Shown: positions 49,409 through 63,705 of the stretch, one piece after another
How positions within the stretch are numbered: the first letter of the stretch is position 1
How the letters are laid out: each line of letters opens with the position of its first letter
Source of the DNA: the human T2T-CHM13v2.0 reference genome, Homo sapiens
Assembly (NCBI RefSeq): GCF_009914755.1
Contig: NC_060937.1
DNA: 64,000 nt
Strand: one strand, 5' to 3'
Notes under the pieces: model-generated
Told to the model about the DNA's origin: nothing
Seen by the model: only the letters and a program-made list of their open reading frames with translations
Databases searched by the model: none
Translations under genes and position numbers: made by a program

Positions 49409-51000
49409 GTATCTATTTACCCAGCACAAGTCCTGGTCTGACACCTGAGCAGGGAAAAGGGGAGTTAGAGCTAGATGGAGTGGTGGATTTGGGGGATATG
49501 GAGAGAGCAGTTATAGGGGTGCCTCCTGCACTGCAACCTTTGGTGTGGCAGGAGAGTGTGGGTTTCCTTGGGGTGGAGCAGGCACTCTGGAAGACAGCTG
49601 GGCTTCCAGTATCTTACTGAGCCCCACACCTGTGCCTCCGGAGAGAACCAGCACTCAGAAGCCTTCCAGAGCTGGGCGGCCACAGTGACCAGCCAAGAAG
49701 ACAACCGCTCCACTTCCATTAAACAGAACAACTAGCCCTTTCCCTCCTCCTTCTTGCCATGTACCCTGAAAGAGCTGAAGGGAAGTTGTGGGGACCAGCA
49801 CGATGTACCTCCTCCTCTCACCCATCCACCAGTGCTGCTTCCCAGCAGCGGTGCTCAACCTTGGCCGCACATTAGAATCACTGAGAGGTCAGAAAGAAAT
49901 ACTCCCACTCAAACCCCACCCCAGAATCACTCAGCCTAAGAGAGAACTAGAAGCTCCCAGTTGGAGCCAGGGCTGAGATGAGAACTCTCTTGTTAGTGCT
50001 GCAGACAGGACAGCTTCTGCTAAGACAAAGGGAGAAAAGCAGCTTTGAGGTTGGACATCTTAGAGTGAACAAGACTGTGTCTTCAAGTGTAGAATTAGAC
50101 TGTCCTAGTAACAGTGAATAGAAAGTTATGGAATCTGTGGATTTTCAAGTGTATAGAAACTTATGGAATCTGGCTAAGATGACACCACAGGACTCATTAC
50201 CCGAAAGAATAGTATCCTTGGGCTGAAGTTAATGGTGAAAATTCAACTGAGCAAGGAGGTTTCGTGTGCATATTCTAGTGAGTTGAGGTGCCTCTGTGAA
50301 CAGGCTCCAAATGAATCATTTCATGAACTGAGCCAGGCCTCAGGCTGTGCCATTTTTTTCTACAAATGATCTTCTAGAAATCAGATAATCTGATAGTTTG
50401 CTCCCTAATAGAGAAGGAGGATTATAAATGCAAAGTTATATGAGTGTTATTCAAGCCAGAAATTGACATTTTCTCCAAAGCCTGTACCCCTAGCACTGCT
50501 CTTCTCTAGACAGGCAACTGCTGGGGCCCAGGAATTAAAGCAGGATGTCAGCTCACCCTCCACTCCTCCATCTCCTGCCCCTGCTCCTCACAGCTCCACA
50601 CCTGCCATGAGAGGATGTTCACCAAATGCCTGTGGGTTCTTCCCACTGCTCACCTGCAGATGCAAAGCTTGGGGTGGGCTCTTCTGCATTTTGCTTTTTT
50701 TTCTGCTGAAAATTTCTCCTTCAGATGCAGAGATAAGGAAAAATCTTAAGGGATGGAGAAGGATGGGAACAGCATGGCTTTGCATTGCCTTCTCTAACTT
50801 TATCCTTCCTATTTATTTTCTACACATTTTTCCCCTTCCCCAATTTCCTTGTGATTTTTCTTGGCCTTACTGTAATGACAGTGAGTACAGTGATGGACGT
50901 GAGAGGAAGGCAGTAAGCTCAACCTTACTTACCAAAATAAATGAGTAATCCGATTGCCCGCCACCAAAAGGCCCCCAAGCACAAGTTTGGTGAGACTATG

Positions 51001-51085
51001 TCGTGTGTGTATGGTGTGTGTTGTGTGTGTGTAAGGTGTGTGTGGTGCGTGTATGTGTGGTATGTGTGTATGTGTGTGTGTGCAC
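51001..51085. repeat. Degenerate (TG)n
   Basis: gtgtgtgtatggtgtgtg... Confidence 0.85.
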
Positions 51086-52662
51086 ATCCCATGTGCATGT
51101 TTTATACTGCATCTTCATGGGAAAAAAGAGCCCTTTAGGACTGAAACTGTATGTGAATCTATATTTGAAGTGGGATAATATTTTTAATATTACATAAATT
51201 ATGGTGTGATCACTTATATGTAAATAGAGCATTGTTACTTTTGAAATAATATGATGATACAAAGCAAACATTCATATTGGGTAACACTTTATTACTTATC
51301 ATTTGTAACAATGTGCTGTAACTATAAAGTGCTTCAAACACACTATTAGACTTTGTTTTCACACCCACAAAAAATCCTTTGAGGTAAGAGATAATCTTTC
51401 CTTTTTACAAATAAGAAACTGAGACCAAAGAGAGGAGTTACTTGCTATGAAGAGAAGATGCCATAGCAAAGAGAGGACCCAAGAGAAAACCTGTTGATTC
51501 CATGAACCAGGACTTTTCCCCGTGCCTTCCAACAAAGTAAGTACTAAGCAAGTATTAGAAGTGTATCTTCAGAAGCATTGCAGAGAAGGCAGCTGCAGGA
51601 AAATCAAAGACAAGTTTAGCTAATGCCTTTTCGCATTAGTGTTAGGTCCTCATCCACCTGGAGCAAATCATAATCTCAAGGATATATTCCAGGTGAGAGT
51701 CATAGAACTTGTCTCTACCTAGAAATCTAAGAAATAATTTCATCATCCCTGTGACCTCTAGATAAAGCCACACATATGTGCATTGTAGTATAAATGTGCA
51801 ATCCGCTTTTCTAAAGACCATCAGAAGAGACCCCCTAACTTCTTTCATTGATCAATTCCGATATTTAACATCACTCACTACTGAGCAATTTTTACATCAA
51901 AACCTATTTCTTCACCTACTCAATGTGCACTAAAAAGAAGTTGGTCACCATCTTTCTTTATAATTACTTTTCACAGATTTTTAAGGCAGCTACAAAATTT
52001 CTCTTCATTCATAAATCATCTTAGCTCTTTTAGTTTTGCTTTTAAGCCTTCACATTTCCAAGCTCTGATTAACTTTGATGGCTCTGTGCCCTGAGTCTCC
52101 TCCAAGCGTTTCAGATTACTGCAAAAGCCACAGAAGCCAGAGCAGAAGACGGAAAGATTCAGGCTCCATATGCGCCAGTGGGGAGGGAGCCCGCTGCTGA
52201 GGGAGAGCCTATCAGGTTTCCTCCTCTACCCAGAGCCTCTCACTGCTGAGTCATGATGCTCCCAGATACTCTCCAAATGTCACCTACAGCCAGGTCAAGG
52301 TCCTTTCTTCCCAGTATTCTCATCAAATTACAGTCTCAAAGTGCCTACTGTAAGAAATGTTGATGGTTAAGACTTGATAAAACCTTATGATTTTAGTGCA
52401 AATAAATATAACATTTATGATTCTAATGAGAGTGGTCACATAATAAATGTTCAAAATATGAACAAATGGATGAATAAATTAACAAATAGGCTCATTTAAC
52501 TTTATGAAAATAACTTATTTGCACCCTTATTTTTGGTGTTTAGTGTTTGTGATGAGCAAATGAATGGACAAATGCATATTCAGGAATAAATTGTTATAGG
52601 ATAGTTTTTAAAATAGAATGTATTCAGGGCTGTCCTGCAAATATAAAATAAATTTGTCTAAA

Positions 52663-53003
52663 AAGACTGAGATCATGTCCTTTGCAGGGATATGGATGGA
52701 GCTAGAGGCCATTATCCTTAATAAACTAAAACAGGAACAGAAAACCAAATACTACATGTTCCCACTTATAAGTGGGAGCTAAATGATGAGCATATATGGA
52801 CACATAGAGAGGAACAACACACACTGGGACTTATCAGAAGGTGGAGGGTGGGAGGAGGGAGAGGATCAGGAAAAATAACTAATGAGTATTAGGCTTAATA
52901 CCCGGGTGATGAAATAATCTTTATAACAAACCCCCATGGCAAAAGTTTACCTATGTAACAAACCTGCACATGTACCCCGACCTTAAAACTTAAAAAATAA
53001 TAA
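52663..53003 (+). mobile_element. L1PA (about L1PA13-16) 3' end
   Basis: 'gagatcatgtcctttgcagggatatggatggagct...aaacctgcacatgtacccc'; degenerate TSD aaataaatttgtc / aaacaaatgtgtc. Confidence 0.88.
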
Positions 53004-55654
53004 AAACAAATGTGTCAAAGATTTTATTTAATTCATTAATTAATGAGGAAACCAGTAAGATGCTAAAACTGGTTCAGAGGAGAATTCCAGGGCTGACACA
53101 TCTATAGACAGAAAATGATGCTTAAATGAATTCACAAATAAGATGTAAAACTGGTTTGTTTAGGAGAGGGGAGGAAAGAAAATCAATTGCATGTATGATA
53201 TCATGATGAATAAGTGGGGTCTTGTACTCAAGATGCTCACAAAGAATTATGAAACCATTATAATTCAAGATCATGGACACGTGCCATGTGAAGGGAGAAT
53301 TGGGAAAGGGAGATGTTCTGTTTGCTTGGAAGAAGATGGGAGGATTCATGAAGGAAGTTTTCAGTGATATGTGTCTTGGAGGATTCCAGCTTTCAAAGAC
53401 ACTGTGAGGATATTGTGAGTAAATGCCTGGCTCCATCTGGAAGAATCTAGTGTATGAAGTCAAGGGGTAGGAGACAAACCTTGAAAGGAAAGTCAGGTAT
53501 GATCATGGAGAACCTTGAGGACCATGCGGAAGGCAGAAAGGAGCTACTGAAGGTTCCTGAGCAGGAGAGTACAACAGGCAAGCAACAGAATAATGACCTC
53601 CCCCCACCCGAATGACAAATAAGTTGATAAAGAAGACAATTGACTCCAGGGAGAAGATTAGGCGTTAACTGCAATAGTCCAGGGAAAAGCAATAATACAG
53701 ACCTAGACAGGGACTACAGTATGGAAAAGGGGAAGAAAGAGACCCAGATGTGTGCTGTCTTCTCACCATTCTCATCATTCTGGCCTTCTAACACCACACC
53801 AACAAAACACTGAGATTTCTGCAATTTTATCTCTCCACTGGAGGCTTTCAAACACCAGCAAAGCTATGTTCTTTATGACTCCTCTGTGTCCACACCAACC
53901 CTTCAGCTACTTGCTGTCTGACCTCCCTGTCCACAGAGCAAGGTTTCCATGTCCCTGTGCTCCCTCTGAGATCTGATGCCCCCCTGCTTCTCAGCCAATG
54001 CTTTTAAATGACATTGAACTACCTGCTAAAGTGCATCCATAAAGTGTTCCTATTTGACCTATGGAGACATCACAGACATTCCAGGTCTGCAGAATGTTCT
54101 CCTGTGCTGTTAATGCATGACTAACTACTTTAATCACAAAAATAAGCTCTCCGTCAGTGGTATTTTGCAGGTACAGGTGCAGAGATTTCGGCAGTGGCAG
54201 AGTGCACTCAGGCACCATGGCAACCAGTGCGTCAGCCTGGGTACACTTAGCAGCAGCGGAATAGTCAGCTTTCCATTCATTTGAGCTGACAACAAAAACT
54301 AGAGATGTTTTGTCCTGCCTTTCCCTCTCAAAGTCGGCTGTCTGGTGAAGAAGGAAATGTTTGGCAGGTCCCAGAGCAGCAGGGATACTGGCCTTTATAC
54401 CCAGGCAAAGTTAGGATGGAAATTGCAGCCCAAATTGGCTCAAATGCTTTTCTAGTGTATCTGCAGAGGCTGCCATCTGCGGGAGTTCCAGGCAGGGCTG
54501 GCTAGGTGTGTGTGCTGCCTGCTGGTGTGTCACTTAATGTTGCTTTAACTTGATTTAAAATCACTTGCCAGAGACTGTCCTTCATCTCTGCCCTGCCACA
54601 TTTTATGGGCTTATGAAATAATATGCATTTTGTGGTTACTACTGTAGCCCTTGTGTAAGAAATGCCTAAGGTACCAAGATTTTCTTATTTTCAGGGTTGT
54701 TCTGGAGGAGATTAAAACTCAACTAAAACTATCTTGAGCAAAACTGGGCCTGTAAAGCCTTATATAACTAGGCAGTCCAAGGGACTCAAATAATATGTTT
54801 CCATCTCCCTACACCTTTCTCTCTCAACACTTGGCCTAATGTCCTCCTAATCCTTGTGGTTTGTATAAGCGCAGGGCTTGGCCATAGAAAATTCTGGGCT
54901 TAGAGTTCCACATTTGCAAACCCATAGCAAAAGGGGTGCATCTTTCTGCTGGTGCATGCATAGAAAATCCCAGGGAAGGGCTCTGATTAGCCTGTCCTGG
55001 GTCACATGTTTATCCCCAATGAGAACTATGAGGAGCGAAGCAGGTAGGGTTCCTCACACTGTGGTCAGAGGAGTGAATACTGTGATCTGCATCCCCAGAG
55101 ATACAACAAGAAGGAGAGAGGAAAAGATGGTCACCACATCAAAACAGTAGCTGAAGCCGAAAACGTAGAAGATTTCTCAACTAGCTAGCACTTCAGGATT
55201 CACAGAGTGCCCCACTTGCAAATACACTGATCATAACACTGTGGGGTTTCCCATGTCCAGGGTGCACCATTCACACTGTATGCTATGTCATGGCCTGCCA
55301 GGCCTGCCCTGCACATTGAATGCTGGGGGAAGTTACCCCTGAAGTTGTGCAATCTCAGGGCTATGTCTGGTCACTCCCAGAGGAATGAGAAGAAAAGTGG
55401 TGTCAGGAGCTGAAATTAGATCAGAGACCAGTGCATCCACAGAACTACAGAGATGAAAGAAACCAAAGGTCTAAGAGATGGGAAGTCGTCAGGCAGTGTG
55501 CTGGCCTCGGAGGCAGGGTAACAGCAACAAGAGTGTGAAAGGCAGCCTGGCTAGGACAGGCACTGTCTGCTCTCTGGCATCCCCTTTATTTCTGGATGGA
55601 CATCAATGTCTCTGAATGAACAGGACGTAACTCCAGCTAGAGGAATTGTGCCTG

Positions 55655-55862
55655 CAGGGGGGCTTGTGTCCCAGCTGAGGCAGGAATAGAAGAGGGAGAA
55701 CAGGTGTTCTTGCCCTTGTCAGGGTAGCTGTCCCAGTAGAGGTTATGATATGACTCCTGGCAGCCTTGAGCCTGGCAGGCAGAGCTGCATGGTGGTGAGT
55801 AGGCTGCGTCCCCTAGCGGAAGGCAGGCTGATATTCAGCTGGGACACAATACCATGGCCCTG
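55655..55862. mobile_element. Candidate old hAT MITE with terminal inverted repeats
   Basis: Perfect 15-bp inverted repeat ttgtgtcccagctga (55664-55678) / tcagctgggacacaa (55835-55849) inside CAGGG...CCCTG ends; no TSD visible. Confidence 0.5.
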
Positions 55863-56824
55863 CCAGTTATTGACTCCTGCCATGTCCATTCTGATTGATC
55901 AGTGCCTGTCCCAACCACTTACCAAATATTTTTCCTGTCTCCCTGATTCTGGGTGCCTTTGTCCACTACCTCTTCTTATTTGCTTCTACCAGAAGCTCTC
56001 TCTTCTTTTTCTAGGATTCCAATTGCACTTATGTTAGACCTTATTACCGCATCTCAAGTATCTCTTACACTCGTTTCTATCTTTCGATTCTTTTTCAGTG
56101 TTTCAGTCTGAGTATTTTCTTCCAATCTTTCCCTTAGTTCAGAGGTTATTACCTCTGAAAACAATGTCCAATTTTCTGTTAAACCTATTACCCTCTCTTT
56201 TTGTGGTAAAATATATATAACGTAAAATTGACATTTTAACCATTTTTAAATGTACAAATCCATTACTCTTTTAGTTATTGTATTTTTTAATTCTATAATT
56301 TTTATTCAGTTATTAAAAAATAATTTTCATTTCTCTTTCTCAATCTTGTCTTTTAAATCCCTAAAAATATTAAGCATAGTTATTCTAAAGTCCATGTATA
56401 ATATCTTTACTTGTTAGATTCCTCATAAGTCTATTCAATTTTGTCACATTTCTCTGGGTTTATGGATCAATACTTGTCTCCAAATGCCAGATTATCTGTT
56501 TTATACTAGGAAATACATACTAAAAATGGTAAAATAATTTGAGGCTCTGGTTGATTTCATCTTCCTCCAAAACAGACTTACCTTTGCTTCTGGCAGGCAA
56601 CCAAGAAGTCTGACAATAACAATGTTGGTAAAGATAATAAGTGTTAGTGAAGCAATAAGAATACATACATTTGCAAAACAATTGGCATTTCTAGAAATGT
56701 TGACTTTTGACCCCTCATACAAATCCATTTTATAAATGAGAATACCAAGGCCCAAAAGGGTTAAATAATTGGCCCAAGACAACATTGCTTTACAGGCCAG
56801 GACCCAGAGACAGACCTTTACCTA

Positions 56825-58018
56825 TTTTTTTTAATTTGTATTTTTATTTTAAGTTTTCTGGTACGTGTGCAAATTAGTTACATAAGTAAACATGTGCCAT
56901 GGTGGTTTGCTGTACCTATCAACTCAACACCTAGGTATTAAGCCCAGCATCCATTAGCTATTTATTCCTAATGTTCTCCCTCTCCCCAACCCACCCCCAA
57001 CAGCCCCCAGTGTGTGTTGTTCCCCTCGCATGTGGTCCTATTATTCAGCTCCCACTTATAAGTAAGAACACGCAGTGTTTGATTTTCTGTTCCTGCAATA
57101 GTTTGCTGATAATGGCTTCCAGCTCCATCCATGTTCCTGCAAAGAACATGATCTCATTCTTTTTATGGCTGCATAATATTCCATGGTGTATATGTACCAC
57201 ATTTTGTTTATCCAGTGTGTCACTTAGGGGCATTTGGGTTAATTCCATGTCTTTGCTATTGTGAATAGTGCTGCAATGAACATATACATGCATGTAATGC
57301 ATCTTTGTAACAGAATGATTTATATTCCTTTTGGTATATACCCAGGAATGGGATTGCTGGATTAAATGTTATTTCTCGTTCTAGATCTTTGTGGAATCAC
57401 CACACCATCTTCCACAATGGTTAAACTAATTTACATTCCCACCAACAGTGTAAAAACGTTCCTTTTTCTCTGCAACCTCACCAGCATCTGTTGTTTCTTG
57501 ACTTTTTAATAATCGCCATTCTGACTGGGTATGAGATTGTATCTCATTGTGGTTTTGATTTGCGCTTCTCTAATTATTATTGATGTTGAGCATTTTTCAT
57601 ATGTTTCTTGGCCACATGAATGTCTTCTTTTGAGAAGTGTCTGTTCATATGTTTTGCCCACTTTTTAATGGGGTTGTTTGATTTTTCTTGTAAATTTGTT
57701 TAAGTTTCTTGTAGATTCTGGATATTAGCCCTTTGTCAGATGGATAGATTGCAAAAATTTTCTCCCACTCTGTAGGTTTCCTGTTCATTCTGATGATAGT
57801 TTCTTTTGCTGCGCAGAAGCTCTTTAGTTTAATTCAATTCCATTTGTCAATTTTTGCTTTTGTTGCAAGTGCTTTTGGTGATGTTTTTCATGAAATTTTT
57901 GCCCGCGCCTATGTCCTGAATGGTACTGCCTAGATTTTCTTCTAGGGTTTTTACAGTTTTTGGCTTTACATTTAAGTCTTCAATCTGTATTGAGTTAATT
58001 TTTGTATACAGTGTAAAG
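56825..58018 (-). mobile_element. 5'-truncated L1PA 3' fragment
   Basis: Poly(T) start, 'ggtggtttgctgtacctatcaac', ORF2 C-terminal fragments 57045..57302 and 57847..58092. Confidence 0.9.
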
Positions 58019-59098
58019 AACTTCACCCATTTGATAGCAAGGCCTATGCTCTTTTCCTTACTACCTTGTCTCCAAAGTTTGACTGCAAACAATCCAGGTT
58101 AAATCACATCATGACTTTCTTTTCTCCTCATCTTTTAGAAAGTCCATATCCCACTAGACCAATTCCTTGGGGCCACTATTTATAGTAATGTACTACCTAT
58201 CCATTATTTGCTACCCTATCCTCATTGTCTGGAACGGGGCCTGAAACATAATAAAAAATTATTGGTTGAGTCTATTGCCCAAGGATCCCTGTAATTCTCA
58301 AGAACCAGAGGCATCTACAACCATCTGTCTGAATTATCCAATCAGACCAGGCTCCTCACCATAAGGTTCACTGGCCAACTACTTTGTAGGATGAGGGGTC
58401 TTTTTTGCCCAGTACTCATGAGTCATAGATAAGGGTCTGGCTGAGAGTAGCAAAGTTCCTGACAAGTGGGGTGAAATTATTTTTCTCTTGATAGCCCTCT
58501 ACAGCAACAGGAAGGTCCTGGCCTGGGGCTTTAGCAACCAGAAAGGATGGGCATAATACCATACAAATCTATCCAAACTTTCCTTTTCAATAGGGCCTCA
58601 CTGATCAATGTCACCATCAACCTTCTCAAATCTAGTTATTTCCCTCCAGTTCATACTAACAAGGAAGTTCATTTTATTTATTTATTTTTCAAATCCTACT
58701 TCCAAGCAATAAATTTCAGAGTGATTTTTAAAGAGCACTATCTTTCACTCCACCTCTAGTACAAGCAAAATGCAGCCATTGGGCATTTATGGCAGCTCCC
58801 AAGCCCATCTCTCAGTTGGCTCTCTGTTGTCCAGGTGGCTTCCATCTTTCCCCCAGTGCTGTGAAGAGCTGCCCAAGCCTTAAGTCTCCCACAGTGGGTG
58901 TGGGAAGCTGGGATGGAGCTAGAACAGGAACCCATATGGGAAACAGGAAACTGACTCCCCCATTTTCTCCCTAGCTTCAGCAAGAACTTACCAGGGATGG
59001 GTACATTCCTCCAGCAGGGCTGGACTATCTGATACTTTCTGAAAGTCTGTTCTCCCAAGGCCTCTGCTACCCACCACCCACCCCCAACCACAAGAGGA

Positions 59099-59503
59099 TG
59101 TATTAGTCCATTCTTGCATTGCTATAAGAAATGCCTGAGACTGGGTAATTTATAAAGAAAAGAGGTTTAATTGACTCACGATTATGCAAATTGTACAGAA
59201 AGCATGGTGCTGGCATCTGCTCAGCTTCTGGGGAGGCCTTAGGAAACTTACAATCATGGCAGAAGGTGAAGTGGGAGCAGGAGCAAGAGAGAGAGCAAGG
59301 GGGAAGGTACTACACACTTTTAAACAACTAGATCTTGCCAGAACTCACTGACTATCACAAGAACAGCAGCAACGGGATGGTGTTAACCATTCATGAGAAA
59401 TCTGCTCCCATGATCCAATCACCTCCCGCCACACCCCACCTCCAACATTAGGGATTAAAATTCAATGTGAGATTTAGTGAGGACACAGATCCAAACCCTA
59501 TCA
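59099..59503 (-). mobile_element. MSTA/MSTB-like solo LTR
   Basis: tgtattagtccattcttgcattgc ... ccaaaccctatca; TSD gagga / gagaa. Confidence 0.9.
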
Positions 59504-60759
59504 GAGAATATTTCGGAAGAGCCAATCACTCACTGGCAAACTTCAGTTCTAAATAGGAATCAAAGATTTTTTCAGTAAAATAAATAATAAGAAAATGTTT
59601 TACTTTAATATAACTTGATAAATAGGTAAAAGACAGGAGCAGGAAGAGGGCCTTATAATTCCACTACCACCTACTAAAACGTAACAACCGTGACAGATAT
59701 GACCGATTCCTTCTATTTCTTACTATGCATTGTACATACTCAAGATCATCCTGTGTATACGGTTTTATAATTACTTTTTTGGCATAATATTATTCATTAG
59801 TATTTTCCAGGCCATTAAAGAATGTTTATTAATACCTCTTTAATGCCTTTATAGTACTGTAGAGGTAGTGTAATTTTCTTAATGGTTCCTAATATTTGAT
59901 AGTTTCAAATTTTTATCCCTATAGTAATCTTTATTAACTACTTGGCACTCTGTTCTCATGCCTCATAGCTCAATAATTTTTTAAAGACTTTGAAGTGCCA
60001 GTATCATCCTTTCAGCAGAGCTGAGGAATCTGATTACAGTTTTCTCATGGAGAAGGAGTCTCACACTTTTTTTTCGTTATAACACATTTTTCCTGCTTTA
60101 CATATTTCCCCTCTTGCAATTTTTCAAGATCAGCCTTGAACTGATTTTAAATACGTTTCTCTGTGGCCAGGTATTCTTGTGCTATATTCTAATCATCTTT
60201 ATGGACATTTTGGAATTATATCAGATTTTAAACAAGAGCTATTTAGGAGATTTATGAAGAGCTGGTACTCCTGCATGGACAACTTTACTTGGTAATTATA
60301 AGAAGAAACTTTAATTTTGGAAAATGTAGTTAGTGTTCCTTCCCACCCCCACAGCCAGATCTATCTTAGCATGTCACTTTGAAGCACAATGAAAATATTC
60401 TTAACTGCTGTAGAATGGACTTGAGCATGCTGGACACAGTAAATTGGGCATCTGTCAGGTGAAAGGTACAGGCCCAGAAACTGTCTTCCCTTGCACACTG
60501 AGATGTGGCTCTTATGTTGAATCCAGCACATAGAAATTTGCTGAGAGGTGCTTTCTAGGGGATGGGGATATCAGCTGCAGACATTTGCAACGTCTTCCTG
60601 TGGGCAGATGCACAGGGACCATCTTACACGGCTGTGCAACTGAAATGCATCTGACCTGCAATGTCGAATGATGAGAACCCAATACCCACTCTCATATATG
60701 AGCGCCAGGCTGGGAAGGCATCAAGCAGCTGGGGATTCCTAATCCTAACCCATCCAATA

Positions 60760-61560
60760 AAAGTCAAGTAAGGGTCTTACCATGTGCTAAGCTCTGTGCT
60801 AAGTGGGAGCTACAGAGATGACTGGGGCATGGTACCTGCCGTCACTGAGCTTACAGTCTTATGGCAAAGAAAAATATGCAAGCAAATAACTGCAAAGGGT
60901 GTACCTCATGATGTGAGTGGTAGGTTCTTAGTGCAGTAGGAGACAACAGAAGCAATGATCTCTACTCAGCAGAGGCAAGTAAACACTGAACAGAGAGGAG
61001 GCACTTGATTTGCCTCTCGAAAGATAAGCACAGACCTGACAGATTAAAATGGAAAATAAAGAAGTTCAGGAAGAGGGAATAATAGTAATAGAATTTGTTG
61101 AGCATTTTACTATGTGCCAGACTTCTCTGTAAGTCTTTTTTGCATATTATCTCATTTAATCCTCACAACACTACAACAAGGCAGATTCTATTCTCACCTT
61201 CACCTCTAAATGAGCCAAAACAGAGAGGAGATAAGCACCTTGCCCAAAGTCATACCTGTAGAATCTTAAACAGCAAGATGCATTCAGGTAACTGTCATTA
61301 TTTCAATATTGGTGGAGCGTGGAGTCCAGTAGGCATGGAGCCAGACCTCAAAGAGCCTTGAATATTATGCTAAGAGGTTGGATTTTAATCCTGCAGGCTA
61401 TAAAGAACTAAACATTTAAAGCTTCCAAAAGACAGATCTGATAGGAAACCAATTTGGAGTCAGGAAGCCAATTTAGAGTCAGGAAGCCGATTTGGAGACT
61501 ATTAAAATAGTCCTAGCAGAAAGAGATGAGCTCTTCAGCTAAGGCTGAGAAAGAGAGGGC
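60760..61560 (-). mobile_element. L2 fragments with a nested MIR (~61080-61260)
   Basis: 'tactatgtgccagac...tatctcatttaatcctcacaac' (MIR); 'gagccttgaatattatgctaagaggttggattttaatcct' (L2). Confidence 0.7.
61443..61499. repeat. 19-bp unit x3 tandem repeat
   Basis: aggaaaccaatttggagtc / aggaagccaatttagagtc / aggaagccgatttggagac. Confidence 0.9.
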
Positions 61561-63297
61561 AGAAGTCAGAGCAGTTAAGGAGATGGGGAGCTGCCTTTCT
61601 GGTTCCTGTTCCTCAGGGTATGTGGTTTCCTCTGCAAGGTCCACATGCAGCCAATAAAATCTGCATGTGACCTATTTCCCAAGGAATTGGGACAGGAAAC
61701 GGGGAGGTGTGGCATCTGCAATGTCCGCACTCCCTGACTCAGGTGTCTCCTAAGCGTGTGCAACCCGCAGCAAGGACTTTCCACTGCTGAGGATGACGGT
61801 CCCATTCTCTAGGAGCCCAAAGGATGAACCAGGCAGAAGATGCCACTCTCAGGCCTAGGATCCCCCATGCCTCTGTCACAGCCACCCAGACACACTCAAG
61901 TTGGTCCAAGACTGGGATGTGGCTTTGGAAACATCCTCCCACTTTTTCTCTTCTGTCCTTCAAGACCTGCCAAATAATAGGGACATAAAATGGCATAGGA
62001 TGAGAAACAGACCTCGTCCTATTTCTGTTTCTTCTCGGTTTATTGTAACTACTGCATGGAACTGTAGCCTACATTCCGTGATTGTTCCTTCAAGAAAAAC
62101 TAAAACTCAGCTGTGTTAGAGAATTCTAGGGTGTGTATCATTTGTCTTTCTTTTGCTGAGTATATACAAGAGAGCTTTATGATTAACTGATTATAAAAAG
62201 GAGAAAGTTTCATAATTGGGTTTTATAGAGCTGTGGATTTTGCATTAAGTGGTTTACTGAAAAAAGTTGGAAACATTGATTCGAGACATTAGACCACTCT
62301 GATTAAATTTATGGTACATGGGGGAAGATTGGAGCCAATTACAGGATTAAGAGTCCACACTGGTGATGTAATTCTACCTAAAATATGGCCTATCTGGTGA
62401 TTACTTTAAAACTCTTGACCCTGGTTTTTCTACTATATACTCATTTCTTCAAAAATTGTCCCCACTGGGAGTAATTGGCACACTTAGCTTTCTAGAACAG
62501 AAGTGAGATTCAAGAACTCCTTTAACTATCCATTTTTGGACAAGTTCATGGAATACTGTATCATTTTAAATCTTATTATTTGTAACATTTAACTATGTGA
62601 ACGTTTTTAATGTCTGGCAGTAGATAATTTTAAAAGGTGATTGGCATATTTATAGAATGGAATATTATACAAACATATAATTGCATTGTTTCAAGTCTGC
62701 TAGATTACTTATGAAATGCTCATAACATAATGTTAAATGGAAACAAAACAAGTTACATAACACCATATTCAGTGTGATCCCAAATATATGAGATTGTGTA
62801 AGTGTACGTGTGGATATTTGGGGGCCAAGCATTCTGGAATAAACTCTTACAAAATGTTTGTAGTGGTTATCTCTGGAGATGGTTTGATAGTACATTTCTG
62901 GGTTTTTTTAATTAATTTATAATTTCCCAAAATTTTGGAATTTTCTACGATGAATTAACATGTCTTTGTTCTTTTATAATTCAGAAAAAACATAATTTTG
63001 TAAATGACTTTTGTCCTTCAAAGTGGTTCTGTTGGAGACTGCACAATTATCACAAAGATGCTGTCCTTTGTTCATTTTTGTAAATTACTCCCAAATCCAA
63101 TCCAAAGCAATGTTTTTACTTTATAACTACATTTCATTGTTTTTTCTTACTTTTAAAAATGTTCTTATGCTGTTCACTCATCCACTTTGTTCTATATCCT
63201 TGGCTTCAAATATTTAGTGGATTCCAAATATAAAATGTGCCTTCTTAAGACAAAAATTTACTATTCTGAGGATATTTGAAAGACTGTATAAGGGCTC

Positions 63298-63705
63298 TGT
63301 ATTAGTCAGTTGAGCCACCATAACAAGATACCATAGACTAGGAGTGTGAAACACAAGAAATGTTACTGGAGAGAGTCTCGAATGGGATCCGGCATGGCTG
63401 GATCTGGTGAGGACTCCTTTCCTGGCTTGCAGAAGGCCACCTTCTCACCATGTCCTTACATGGCAGAGACACTGAGAGAGTAACAGAGAGATAGAGAGCA
63501 CTCTGGTGTCTCTCCTTCTGAGAACACTAATCCTATCAGAATGGGGACCTACATTGGCCTCGATTGGATCTCCTAGAGAAAGCCCTGGAGATGACCTCAT
63601 TTAACCTTAATTTCTTCCATAAAGACTGTATCTCTAAATACAGTCACATTGGAGGTTAGTGCTTCAACACATGAATTTGGGAGGAACACTATTCAGCCCA
63701 CAGCA
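63298..63705 (-). mobile_element. MLT1A-like solo LTR
   Basis: 'tgtattagtc...cataacaagataccatagact...atgacctcatttaaccttaatt...attcagcccacagca'. Confidence 0.85.

Noticed and set aside
50463-50948. 161-aa ORF (also 39399..39821 and 45893..46285)
   Set aside because: No recognisable domain or supporting exon structure, and 50463 and 39399 start at non-ATG codons; consistent with chance ORFs.
61443-61499. Short regularly repeated units (also 10521-10577 and 50113-50172) considered as CRISPR-like or functional arrays
   Set aside because: Only 2-3 adjacent copies without unique spacers, in eukaryotic repeat-derived DNA; ordinary slippage duplications.
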